DNA of 61,967 nucleotides, counting the filler. It is 4 parts of 4 records of this genome, joined end to end, with 100 filler letters (N's around TTAATTAATTAA, not from the genome) between each part and the next. Parts side by side here need not be neighbours in the genome. Positions count along the whole stretch, not along the records: positions 21,708 to 43,958 come from SRR31156797_8871; 3 more parts are not named here. The stretch is one strand, 5' to 3'. Below are positions 30,177 to 38,983 of the stretch, piece after piece. A program made the translations under genes and the position numbers. The notes beneath the pieces are model-generated. The model worked only from the letters and a program-made list of their open reading frames with translations. It was not told the DNA's origin and searched no databases. Numbering within the stretch: the stretch's first letter is position 1; the number at the start of each line of letters is the position of its first letter.

Positions 30177-31235
30177 ATGGGATGTAATAAATGTAATGAA
30201 AAATTTGTATTAAAAACGATACCAGCAACATTTTACTTTTTATGTGAGCATGATGAACTCAATAGAAAAATAAAACTTTTTCTTCAAAAACTTGCTTTAG
30301 AGTTTCAGGAGGTACAGGGACTTATCAAACTTGAAGTCAATAATCCTCAACTTTTTTTTGTAGAAAATATAGATGCTTTTCACAACTTTTTTAACTCACT
30401 TGAAACAAATGATATAAAACTTTTTATTGAAGATAAAGAGAATACCTTCGAACTACGTTCACTCTTATCAGCAAAGCCATTGCAAAGATTTCTCAATCTC
30501 ATAGAGGATCAAGAGTTCTTTGATATTGTAAATAATGAATCTCTTACTTCTTATTTTCAGCCTATTATTGATATGAATGAAAATAGTATTTATGGATATG
30601 AGACTCTTGTAAGAGGAGTAAAAGATGATGGAAGTTTAGTTTTTCCAGATGAGCTTTTTTCAAAATCAAAAAGAAATGATCTCAATTTTAAACTTGATAG
30701 ATTGTGTAGAGAATCAGCTCTTAAAACTGCTGCAACAAAAAAAGTACATCAAAAAGTTTTTATCAACTTTATCCCAACTTCAATTTATGATCCAACTTTT
30801 TGTCTACAATCTACTGAAAAATGGGCAAAACAACTAGAGTTTGATCCATCTCAAATCGTATTTGAAGTGGTAGAAACAGAACTAGTAAATGATCAAAAGC
30901 ATCTTAGAAATATTTTAGAGTTTTATCGTGAAAAAGGGTATAAAATCGCTTTAGATGATGTGGGGGAGGGATATTCTAGTCTGAATATGCTTATTAAACT
31001 CCAACCTGATATTATCAAAGTTGATCGAAATATCATTGAAAATATTGATACAAATAAGCTCAAACAATCTGTATATAAAGCACTTTATAATGTAGCAAAA
31101 GAGAATGATATTTGTGTACTAGCTGAGGGAGTAGAAACTGCTTATGAATTAGACACTTTACGGTCAATTGGAGTTGACCTTGCCCAAGGATATTATTTTG
31201 CCAAACCAGCAAGTGAGCCAATAAGAAGGATTTGA
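30177..31235 (+). CDS. EAL-domain c-di-GMP phosphodiesterase
   Basis: FQPI, ETLVR, IALDDVGEGYSSL and AEGVET motifs; N-terminal CNKC. Confidence 0.9.
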   Translation: MGCNKCNEKFVLKTIPATFYFLCEHDELNRKIKLFLQKLALEFQEVQGLIKLEVNNPQLFFVENIDAFHNFFNSLETNDIKLFIEDKENTFELRSLLSAKPLQRFLNLIEDQEFFDIVNNESLTSYFQPIIDMNENSIYGYETLVRGVKDDGSLVFPDELFSKSKRNDLNFKLDRLCRESALKTAATKKVHQKVFINFIPTSIYDPTFCLQSTEKWAKQLEFDPSQIVFEVVETELVNDQKHLRNILEFYREKGYKIALDDVGEGYSSLNMLIKLQPDIIKVDRNIIENIDTNKLKQSVYKALYNVAKENDICVLAEGVETAYELDTLRSIGVDLAQGYYFAKPASEPIRRI

Positions 31236-32623
31236 TGGAGATATTTTTACTCTATCCCCATCAGCTTTTTTCAGATATTGAGCTTTTAAAAAACAAAAAA
31301 GTGCTTTTAATTGAAGAGCCTTTATTTTTTACCCAATTTGCTTTTCATATCCAAAAGCTTGTATTCCATAGGGCTTCTATGAAGTTTTATGAAACCTATT
31401 TAGAAGCTCATCATATAGAAGTGGCGTATTGTGAAGATGAAACTTATTTAAAAACTAATCAAAACTCTTCTATTTATATCTATGATGTGGTAGATGATTG
31501 GCTTTTAAAAAAGATTCAAAAACACTTTTCAAACCTTACAATTTATCCAAATCCAAACTTTTTAAATGTACAAGATCACAATAGGTTTATGCACCACTTT
31601 TATATCAATAGAAGAAAAGAACTTGGTATTTTACTTGATCACAATAATAAACCACAAGGTGGTAAATGGAGCTTTGATAATGAAAATAGAAAAAAGCTTC
31701 CAAAAGAGATTACTCCACCTGTAGCTTTTACTTACACCAATAGATTTATAGAAGAAGCCAAAGAGTATTGTACAAAGTTTAAAAGTGTAGGAGAGATAAA
31801 CCACTTTTATTATCCCATCACTTTTGAAGAAGCCCATGCCAATTTTCAATACTTTTTAAAATATAAACTTGAAAACTTTGGAGACTATCAAGATGCTATT
31901 TGTAAGAATCAGCTTTTTATATATCACTCAAATATCTCAATATCTCTAAATAGCGGACTTTTAGATCTTCACTATATATTAGATGAGATACAAAAAGCAG
32001 ATGCTCCATTAAATGCAAAAGAGGGATTTATAAGACAAATCATCGGATGGAGAGAGTTTATACTTTGTATCTATAAAAGCTTTCATGTACTTTTACGTAC
32101 CACAAACTTTTTTCATTTCCATAAAAAGATACCACAAAAAATACTAGAAGCAAAAAGTGGACTAGATCCAGTAGATGATGTGATCAAACAATTGTATAAA
32201 ACTTCATATAATCATCATATTCAAAGATTGATGATCCTTGGAAATATCTTTTTACTTCTTGAATGTGATCCAGATGATGTATATAGTTTTTTTATGCAAT
32301 ATTATATCGATAGTTTTGATTGGGTGATGGTTGGCAATGTATATGGGATGAGTCAATTTAGTGATGGAGGCTCAATCACTACAAAACCATATATAAGTAG
32401 TAGTAACTATATTTTAAAGATGTCAAGTGATTATAAAAAAAGTGATCCATGGTGTAAGATCTGGGATGGGTTGTATTGGAGATTTTTAGATAAGTATAAA
32501 GCACTTTTTCAAAATATCCCAAGGATGCAGATGCAACTTCGACTTTTAGACAAACTTGATAGAGTGAAACTACAAAACCATATAGAGACAGCTGAAGACT
32601 ATTTACAAACCTTAGAAACATAA
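31235..32623 (+). CDS. Cryptochrome/photolyase family protein (PhrB/CryPro (6-4) photolyase-like)
   Basis: LYPHQLF, HIQKLVFHRASM, GGKWSFDNENR, EGFIRQIIGWREF, HHIQRLM and TTKPYISSSNYI motifs. Confidence 0.92.
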   Translation: MEIFLLYPHQLFSDIELLKNKKVLLIEEPLFFTQFAFHIQKLVFHRASMKFYETYLEAHHIEVAYCEDETYLKTNQNSSIYIYDVVDDWLLKKIQKHFSNLTIYPNPNFLNVQDHNRFMHHFYINRRKELGILLDHNNKPQGGKWSFDNENRKKLPKEITPPVAFTYTNRFIEEAKEYCTKFKSVGEINHFYYPITFEEAHANFQYFLKYKLENFGDYQDAICKNQLFIYHSNISISLNSGLLDLHYILDEIQKADAPLNAKEGFIRQIIGWREFILCIYKSFHVLLRTTNFFHFHKKIPQKILEAKSGLDPVDDVIKQLYKTSYNHHIQRLMILGNIFLLLECDPDDVYSFFMQYYIDSFDWVMVGNVYGMSQFSDGGSITTKPYISSSNYILKMSSDYKKSDPWCKIWDGLYWRFLDKYKALFQNIPRMQMQLRLLDKLDRVKLQNHIETAEDYLQTLET

Positions 32624-32711
32624 ACCTTTAATACTAATGGTAAATCTCTATTGTTTTTTTACAAGATTATCGTTATGATAATAGTATAAATATCTTGCAA
32701 GGAGATATTCA

Positions 32712-32849
32712 ATGAATAAACTAATTTATATACTTGTACTTGTTTTTTTATTTGTAGGATGTGCAAAAAAAGAGCAACAATTTCAAGATATGAAAGATCT
32801 AAAAAATATTCCCAAAGTACAACTCTTTCAAAAAGAGTTTAAATTTTAA
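32712..32849 (+). CDS. 45-aa lipoprotein
   Basis: AAGGAG RBS; MNKLIYILVLVFLFVGCAKKEQQ... with lipobox FVGC. Confidence 0.7.
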   Translation: MNKLIYILVLVFLFVGCAKKEQQFQDMKDLKNIPKVQLFQKEFKF

Positions 32850-32923
32850 ATACAAATGAACCAACAAATTTTCTCTACCTATCAACACCTAAAAGTGCTA
32901 AAATCAAATAAAAAGGTTTTATA

Positions 32924-33436
32924 ATGATGAAATATATTCTTAGTTTATTTTTCGTATTTTTTCTTTTTGGATGTAGTTCTAAACATCCACCTTTACCAAC
33001 TGTACAAAACGTAGAGATTGATAGATATATTGGCTCTTGGTATGAGATAGCACGATTTGAGCACTTTTTTGAAAAAGGGTGTAAAAATGTCACTGCAACT
33101 TATAAGATAAAACAAGATGGTGATATAAAAGTGATCAATAGATGTACTATCATAGAGGATAATGAAAAAAAAGAAGCTGTGGGTGTCGCTTATGCTGCTG
33201 ATAGTACAAACTCCAAATTAAGAGTAAGCTTTTTTCGACCATTTTATGGGGACTATCAGATCATTGCATTAGGTGAAAACTATGAGTATGCCTTAGTTGG
33301 AAGCCCAAGTAAAGAGTATCTATGGATCTTAAGTAGAACAAAAACTATTAGTGATACTCTTAAAAATAAACTAATCAAAAAGGCACAAACTTTAGGATTT
33401 GATACCGATCAGTTTATCTGGACTATTCAGGAGTAA
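32924..33436 (+). CDS. blc: Outer-membrane lipocalin
   Basis: Lipobox LFGC; RYIGSWYEIAR, VSFFRPFYGDY and YLWILSR motifs. Confidence 0.93.
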   Translation: MMKYILSLFFVFFLFGCSSKHPPLPTVQNVEIDRYIGSWYEIARFEHFFEKGCKNVTATYKIKQDGDIKVINRCTIIEDNEKKEAVGVAYAADSTNSKLRVSFFRPFYGDYQIIALGENYEYALVGSPSKEYLWILSRTKTISDTLKNKLIKKAQTLGFDTDQFIWTIQE

Positions 33437-33438
33437 AG

Positions 33439-33885
33439 ATGAAAACTATTATAAAAAAAACGCTGATCAATTGTACACAAGAGGAGCTATTTGAGTTTCA
33501 TATGGACTCTAATAATATTACAAAGATCACTCCACCAAATATAAAAGTAGAGCTTCTTACAAGAGAACTTGATACATATGAGGGGAAAATAGTGAAGATA
33601 AAAACCACAAAGTTTTTCCTCCCAACATATTGGGAAGTACAAATAGAAAAACTTCATGCTCCAGATACTCTTATAGATATCGCTTTAAAATCCCCTTTTA
33701 AGTTTTGGAGACATCAACACCTTTTTATACAAACAGAAAATGGGTGTGAGCTAAAAGATATCATCGAATATGAACTGCCATTTGGATTTATTGGAAAACT
33801 ATTTGATCACTATATAGAAAAAGATATAAAAGATATGTTTGAATATAGACATACCCAAACAAAACTTTTACTTGAGAAACACTAA
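33439..33885 (+). CDS. SRPBCC family protein
   Basis: FEFH...ITPP, SPFKFWRHQHLF, YELPFG and MFEYRH motifs. Confidence 0.85.
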   Translation: MKTIIKKTLINCTQEELFEFHMDSNNITKITPPNIKVELLTRELDTYEGKIVKIKTTKFFLPTYWEVQIEKLHAPDTLIDIALKSPFKFWRHQHLFIQTENGCELKDIIEYELPFGFIGKLFDHYIEKDIKDMFEYRHTQTKLLLEKH

Positions 33886-33891
33886 GGAGAG

Positions 33892-34536
33892 ATGATGCCA
33901 GATATATCAACCATGAGAAAAGAGTACACTCAAAATGGACTACGACGAAAAGATTTAAATGAAAACCCTTTTAAACAGTTTGAAAAATGGTTTAATGAAG
34001 CTGTTGCAGTTGAACACCTAGAACCAAATGCCTTTACCCTTGCAACCGTAGGGAAAGATCTCAAACCATCTCAAAGAACAGTACTTTTAAAGATGTATGA
34101 TGAAAATGGGTTTATCTTCTTTTCCAATTATGGAAGTAAAAAATCTCGTCAAATAGAAGAGAATAATAATGTATCTTGCCACTTTGCTTGGCTTGGATTA
34201 GAGAGGCAAGTAAGAATAGAGGGAACTATTGAAAAAATCAGTAAAAGTGATTCTCTTAAATACTTTTTATCTCGTCCTAAAGGGAGTCAGATAGGGGCTT
34301 GGGTCTCTCATCAAAGTCAAGTGGTTAATGCTAGAAGTCTTTTAGAATCAAAGTTTGAGCAGATCCGCCAAAAGTTTTCAAAAGGGGAGATCCCATTTCC
34401 TGATTTTTGGGGTGGATATATTATCAAGCCCACATATTTTGAATTTTGGCAAGGGGGACATGATAGATTACATGATCGATTTATCTATCAATCACAAGAA
34501 AATCAAATATGGGAGATTAACAGGTTAGAGCCATAA
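33892..34536 (+). CDS. pdxH: Pyridoxamine 5'-phosphate oxidase
   Basis: RTVLLK, RQVRIEG, WGGY and EFWQGGHDRLHDR motifs. Confidence 0.96.
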   Translation: MMPDISTMRKEYTQNGLRRKDLNENPFKQFEKWFNEAVAVEHLEPNAFTLATVGKDLKPSQRTVLLKMYDENGFIFFSNYGSKKSRQIEENNNVSCHFAWLGLERQVRIEGTIEKISKSDSLKYFLSRPKGSQIGAWVSHQSQVVNARSLLESKFEQIRQKFSKGEIPFPDFWGGYIIKPTYFEFWQGGHDRLHDRFIYQSQENQIWEINRLEP

Positions 34537-34621
34537 AGAAAAATCTGTTACAATCTACTTGGAAAAAATCAACTACAGACAAACATAATTTTTGGATAAA
34601 ATAAAATAAAAAGGATCCACA

Positions 34622-34885
34622 ATGATAGACAAACTACTTTACACAGGACTTGGAGCTGCTGCAGTTTTAAAAGACAAAGTTGAATCGGAACTTGAAACTT
34701 TAGAAAAAAAAGGGAAGATCAAAACTGATGATGCTAAAAGCTTTTTAGAATCTATTGAGAAAAAAGGGAAAGAGGAAGATGAGCGAGTCAAAGGTGAGAT
34801 TAAAAAAGCTTTAAAAGAGATCATTGATGAACTTGGTCTAGCAACAAAAGAGGATATAGAAAAACTTAAAGAGGAACTCAAATAA
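34622..34885 (+). CDS. Phasin/PhaF-like small helical protein
   Basis: LLYTGLGAA...ELGLATKEDI pattern; upstream of a UbiB kinase. Confidence 0.7.
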   Translation: MIDKLLYTGLGAAAVLKDKVESELETLEKKGKIKTDDAKSFLESIEKKGKEEDERVKGEIKKALKEIIDELGLATKEDIEKLKEELK

Positions 34886-36420
34886 AATATTATAATCCAA
34901 GTAGAATATATGGTGTATTTTTATTTTTACTCACTGTATATCTAGTCATTAAAAAACGAAAATCATTTTTGGGATTTAAGCCTCTTAGTCCACAGAAACT
35001 AAAAGAGGCTACCATAAAGCTTGGAGCAAGTTTTATAAAACTTGCCCAAGTACTAGCTACTAGAAGTGATTTTTTTACTCCTGAATATTTAGATGAGCTT
35101 AAAACGCTTCATGATAGTTTACCTCCAATGAAACAAAAAGAGTTTGAAGAGGTTTTTAATAGTTCATTTGATTCTAAAGATATTTTTCAAAGCTTTAGTA
35201 AAGAGCCTATCGCTTCTGCATCAATTGGGCAAGTGCACAAAGCTACATTACAAGATGGCTCTAAAGTAGCTGTAAAACTTCGACGACTTGGAATTAAAAA
35301 GCAGGTCTTAGCTGATATTAAAATAGTCAACTTTTTTAATAAACTCTTTCGACCCCTTTTTTCAACCTATACAAAAAACTCTATTGAAGCAGTGATCAAA
35401 GAGTTTGCTATTATGATCCAACAAGAGGTCTCGTTTGAGAGGGAACTTGGAAACTTAATAGAGTTTAGTGAAGTGTATAAAGAGTATGGGGTAAAGTTTC
35501 CAACTCCTTACATTGAACACTGCTGTGATAGTGCTATTGTGATGAGTTTTGAAGAGGGATTTCGATTTGATGATAAAAAAAATATTTTTGCTCATAATAT
35601 CGATTTTCGATCCATCATTACAAAGCTTGTAAACTTTTATACGGATCAAATGCTAGTAAAGGGATACTTTCACGCTGATCCTCATCCTGGAAACCTTTTA
35701 GTTAATACTGATGGGGAATTGATCCTTCTTGATTTTGGGATGGTCAAAAGAGTTCCAAACCAAATAAGAGTAGCTATTATTGAACTTATAAAAGCAGCTA
35801 ATGAGCAAGATTATGAACTTTATATTAGTGCAAATAAACGACTAGGAACTATAGCTTATGAAGCCCCTGTGGCTGAGCTAGCAGAGTTTTCAAGACGTAT
35901 GTTTGAGATTTTTGGAAATGATAATCTTGATAGTGAGTCGATGCAAAAGTTAGCTTTTGAAGTATTAGAATCTACTAGAGATCTTCCTTTTAAGCTTCCA
36001 AGTGATGCTATTTATATCTTAAGAGTCAGTGCTATTATTGAAGGACTTGGAACCACTTATATTGAAAACTTTAATGGGGTCAAAGATATTTTACCAATTT
36101 TACAAAACAACATCCCAAAAGCTTTAGGGGCGAGTGATAGTATCTTAGAAACACTTATTGATAGTATAAAAGATATCCCTTTTATTGTAAATGACTTTAA
36201 ACACTCTATGAAAAAGATTAGTGAGGGGGATGTACAAGTGGAACTCTCCCATGATCAACTTCAATATATAGAACAAAAACTCTCCGATAATATAAAAAGC
36301 TATCTAAAACCTTTTGCTTTTATCTTAGGTGGATTTTTCTTACTTTTGTATGAGCCAGATTATAAGAACTTTGCTCTTCTTCTTTTTGGATTTGGTTTTT
36401 TGAAAATAGTTCTAAAATAG
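34882..36420 (+). CDS. UbiB/AarF (ABC1) family atypical kinase
   Basis: FIKLAQ, ASASIGQVH, VAVK, FHADPHPGN and LDFG motifs. Probable ATA start at 34882; first canonical start is TTG 34969. Confidence 0.9.
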   Translation: MKYYNPSRIYGVFLFLLTVYLVIKKRKSFLGFKPLSPQKLKEATIKLGASFIKLAQVLATRSDFFTPEYLDELKTLHDSLPPMKQKEFEEVFNSSFDSKDIFQSFSKEPIASASIGQVHKATLQDGSKVAVKLRRLGIKKQVLADIKIVNFFNKLFRPLFSTYTKNSIEAVIKEFAIMIQQEVSFERELGNLIEFSEVYKEYGVKFPTPYIEHCCDSAIVMSFEEGFRFDDKKNIFAHNIDFRSIITKLVNFYTDQMLVKGYFHADPHPGNLLVNTDGELILLDFGMVKRVPNQIRVAIIELIKAANEQDYELYISANKRLGTIAYEAPVAELAEFSRRMFEIFGNDNLDSESMQKLAFEVLESTRDLPFKLPSDAIYILRVSAIIEGLGTTYIENFNGVKDILPILQNNIPKALGASDSILETLIDSIKDIPFIVNDFKHSMKKISEGDVQVELSHDQLQYIEQKLSDNIKSYLKPFAFILGGFFLLLYEPDYKNFALLLFGFGFLKIVLK

Positions 36421-36494
36421 AATACAACTTACAATCAGTTTACTCTAGCTAGGTACAATCTCCTTATAAATTTTATACTTATAAGGAGTCCACC

Positions 36495-36620
36495 ATGCAG
36501 TTTATCGACATACTTTCTACAAATCTAAAAAATAATAAAAAAGATGTTTTAGTGATAGTCACTATACAAGTTACAGTAGCGCTTAGTTCATATCTTTTTG
36601 TTCCAAAACTGTTGGGATAA
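36495..36620 (+). CDS. 41-aa small membrane protein (paralog of 37223-37336)
   Basis: TAAGGAG RBS; MQFIDILSTNLKNNKKDVLVIVTIQVTVALSSYLFVPKLLG. Confidence 0.75.
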   Translation: MQFIDILSTNLKNNKKDVLVIVTIQVTVALSSYLFVPKLLG

Positions 36621-36650
36621 AATTAAAAAAATTCTTAAAAAAATAAAATA

Positions 36651-36671
36651 CTTTAGTCTTTAACTATAAAG
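36651..36671. promoter_or_regulatory. Possible HAIR-like (HspR) operator
   Basis: CTTTAGT-N7-TATAAAG compared with HAIR CTT(G/T)AGT-N7-ACT(C/A)AAG. Confidence 0.45.
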
Positions 36672-36683
36672 TTATAAATACTA

Positions 36684-36726
36684 TTAGCACTTACTATTGA
36701 CAAGTGCTAAAAATATTTGTTATAAT
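36684..36726 (+). promoter_or_regulatory. CIRCE-like (HrcA) operator enclosing the -35 of the hsp20 promoter
   Basis: TTAGCACTT-N9-AAGTGCTAA (36684-36710); TTGACA at 36697 and TG-n-TATAAT at 36721. Confidence 0.85.
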
Positions 36727-36783
36727 TTCATTGAAGTTAGAGAAAATCTAACTCGAATTACAATTTATAATAAGGAGTTTAAA

Positions 36784-37212
36784 ATGTTAATAACAAGATT
36801 CGATCCATTTAAAGAGTTTCAAAATATGCAAAAAGTTTTCAATAATTATTATCCAGCAACTGAGAATCAAGACACATCAATTAGTGCCTTTGCACCTTCT
36901 GTAAATACTAGAGAGGGTGAATTTGCATATCATATTGATGTGGATCTTCCAGGGGTAAAAAAAGAGGATATAAATATTGATATCGATAAAGGAAAACTAA
37001 CAATTTCAGGACAAAGAGAGCATAAAGAGGAGATAAAAGAGGAAGACTACTATAAAGTGGAAAGCTCTTTTGGAAAATTCCAAAGAATGTTCACCTTACC
37101 TGAAAATGTAGATGCTGAAAATATCAGTGCAAAATGTGACTCAGGTGTCTTAGAAGTGGTGATTCCAAAATTAGAAAAAGATGCCAATGTGAAAAAAATA
37201 GAGGTAAAATAA
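36784..37212 (+). CDS. Hsp20/alpha-crystallin small heat-shock protein
   Basis: DLPGVKKEDI, SFGKFQRMFTLP and GVLEVVIPK motifs; ATG 36784 with AAGGAG RBS. Confidence 0.95.
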   Translation: MLITRFDPFKEFQNMQKVFNNYYPATENQDTSISAFAPSVNTREGEFAYHIDVDLPGVKKEDINIDIDKGKLTISGQREHKEEIKEEDYYKVESSFGKFQRMFTLPENVDAENISAKCDSGVLEVVIPKLEKDANVKKIEVK

Positions 37213-37222
37213 GGAGTCAAAG

Positions 37223-37336
37223 GTGCAAAATATTGCTGCAAATATATATGAGAACAAAAGAGATCTTTTAGCGGTGATATTGATTCAAGTTTCGGTTGCT
37301 ATAGGTTCTTATCTCATAGTACCACGTTTATTTTAA
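37223..37336 (+). CDS. 37-aa small membrane protein (paralog of 36495-36620)
   Basis: TAAGGAG RBS and GTG start; MQNIAANIYENKRDLLAVILIQVSVAIGSYLIVPRLF. Confidence 0.75.
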   Translation: MQNIAANIYENKRDLLAVILIQVSVAIGSYLIVPRLF

Positions 37337-37340
37337 AAGT

Positions 37341-37370
37341 AAAGGGAAAGAGTTTTCTTTCCCTTTTTTT
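37341..37370 (+). terminator. Rho-independent terminator
   Basis: AAAGGGAAAGA-gttt-TCTTTCCCTTT followed by a T run. Confidence 0.85.
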
Positions 37371-37418
37371 ATTATAGACTTAAAAATAAATTAACATTGA
37401 GTATTATGTAAAAAATAT

Positions 37419-37461
37419 TTAGCACTTATAATTGACAAGTGCTAAATCTATTTGTTATGAT
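37419..37461 (+). promoter_or_regulatory. CIRCE-like operator enclosing the -35 of the htrA promoter
   Basis: TTAGCACTT-N9-AAGTGCTAA (37419-37445); TTGACA at 37432 and TG-n-TATGAT at 37456. Confidence 0.85.
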
Positions 37462-37492
37462 ACATTCCTACTCAATACTCAAAGGAACAGTT

Positions 37493-38917
37493 ATGAAAAA
37501 AATTCTTGTGTTACTTAGTCTGAGCTTATGCTTAGCATATGGTGGTTTATTTAGTAAAGATTTTGAATTTCAAAAAGCAGACCCTGATATCAAAAGAGAA
37601 TTTCCTACAGATGAAAAAAGGATACTCTCATATAGTAATGTTTTAGAAAAAGTAAAAACATCTGTAGTCAATATCTCTACAAAAAAAAGTGTGAAAACAG
37701 GAGGATATGCCAATCCATTTTTTGGAGATCCTTTTTTTGAACAATTTTTTAGAAACTTTGGAGGACCAGGATACGCTCTTCCACAAGAAAGGGTACAAAG
37801 CTCACTAGGATCTGGAGTAATAGTCTCAAAAGATGGATATATTGTTACAAATCATCATGTAATTGATGGAGCAGATGAGATCAAAGTAGCAATTCCAGGG
37901 ATCAAAAAAGAGTATGATGCGAAGATCATAGGAACTGATAAAAAAAGTGATATTGCTGTAATTAAAATTGATGGAGATAATCTAAATGCGATCACTTTTT
38001 ATGATTCAGATAAAGCAAAAGTTGGTGATATCGTATTTGCTTTAGGGAACCCTTTTGGGGTGGGAGAGACGATTACACAAGGGATCATCTCTGCAACAAG
38101 AAGATCTTCAATTGGAATCGTTGAACATGAAAATTTTATCCAAACAGATGCATCAATTAACCCAGGAAATTCAGGTGGAGCTTTAGTAAACTCTGCTGGA
38201 TATCTTGTAGGGATCAATAGTGCGATCATTAGTAAAAGTGGTGGAAATGTGGGAATCGGCTTTGCTATCCCTTCTAATATGGTAATAAACATTGCCCAAG
38301 CACTTATTAATGATGGAAAGTTTGTAAGAGCCTATTTAGGGGTATCTATCTCTGATGTGACTGAAAATTTAAGTGGTTTTTATGGAGAAAACTCGGGTGC
38401 ATTGGTAACAGCTGTAGGGGAAGACACACCAGCTGAGAGATTAGGATTAAAAAGAGGAGATTTAATTATCAAAGTAAATGGTAAAGAGGTGGAATCCTCA
38501 AGTAATCTAAAAAATATGATCAGTTCACTTACTCCTGGGACTACTGTAACAATTACTTATTTAAGAGATAAAAAAGAGATGGAAGGTTCAGTAAAACTTA
38601 TCAGTTATAAAGATAATGACAACAATCTCATTGCAGATGAGACAGGATTTACTTACAAAGGACTTACAGTAGAGTCTTTAAGTGAACCTGTTAAAAAATC
38701 ACTTGGAATCTCCCAAAATATCTCTGGTGTAGTAGTTACAAAAATTGATCCTGAATCAAAAGCTGCACAAATTGGTATAAGAACGGGTGATGTGATCATT
38801 CAAGTGGAATATAATGAGATAAAAAATCTTGAGGAGTTTAAAAAATCTGTAAAAGGGATCTCTAAAAAACGTCTTTATATTCTCAGAAGAGGTGGAATTT
38901 TTGCAGTAGCACTTTAA
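37493..38917 (+). CDS. htrA: Periplasmic serine protease DegP/HtrA with two PDZ domains
   Basis: Signal peptide; TNHHV, DIAV and DASINPGNSGG catalytic triad; ATG 37493. Confidence 0.95.
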   Translation: MKKILVLLSLSLCLAYGGLFSKDFEFQKADPDIKREFPTDEKRILSYSNVLEKVKTSVVNISTKKSVKTGGYANPFFGDPFFEQFFRNFGGPGYALPQERVQSSLGSGVIVSKDGYIVTNHHVIDGADEIKVAIPGIKKEYDAKIIGTDKKSDIAVIKIDGDNLNAITFYDSDKAKVGDIVFALGNPFGVGETITQGIISATRRSSIGIVEHENFIQTDASINPGNSGGALVNSAGYLVGINSAIISKSGGNVGIGFAIPSNMVINIAQALINDGKFVRAYLGVSISDVTENLSGFYGENSGALVTAVGEDTPAERLGLKRGDLIIKVNGKEVESSSNLKNMISSLTPGTTVTITYLRDKKEMEGSVKLISYKDNDNNLIADETGFTYKGLTVESLSEPVKKSLGISQNISGVVVTKIDPESKAAQIGIRTGDVIIQVEYNEIKNLEEFKKSVKGISKKRLYILRRGGIFAVAL

Positions 38918-38983
38918 AAGTGCTATTGCAACTTAAAAAAATTAAATAAGGTTATTTTTATCTATTTTTAGTAAAATTTAAGT

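Noticed and set aside
36697-36783. N-terminal extensions of Hsp20 (from 36697) and HtrA (from 37439) in the ORF track
   Set aside because: Those start codons lie within the -35 box and the CIRCE arm; downstream ATGs have proper RBSs
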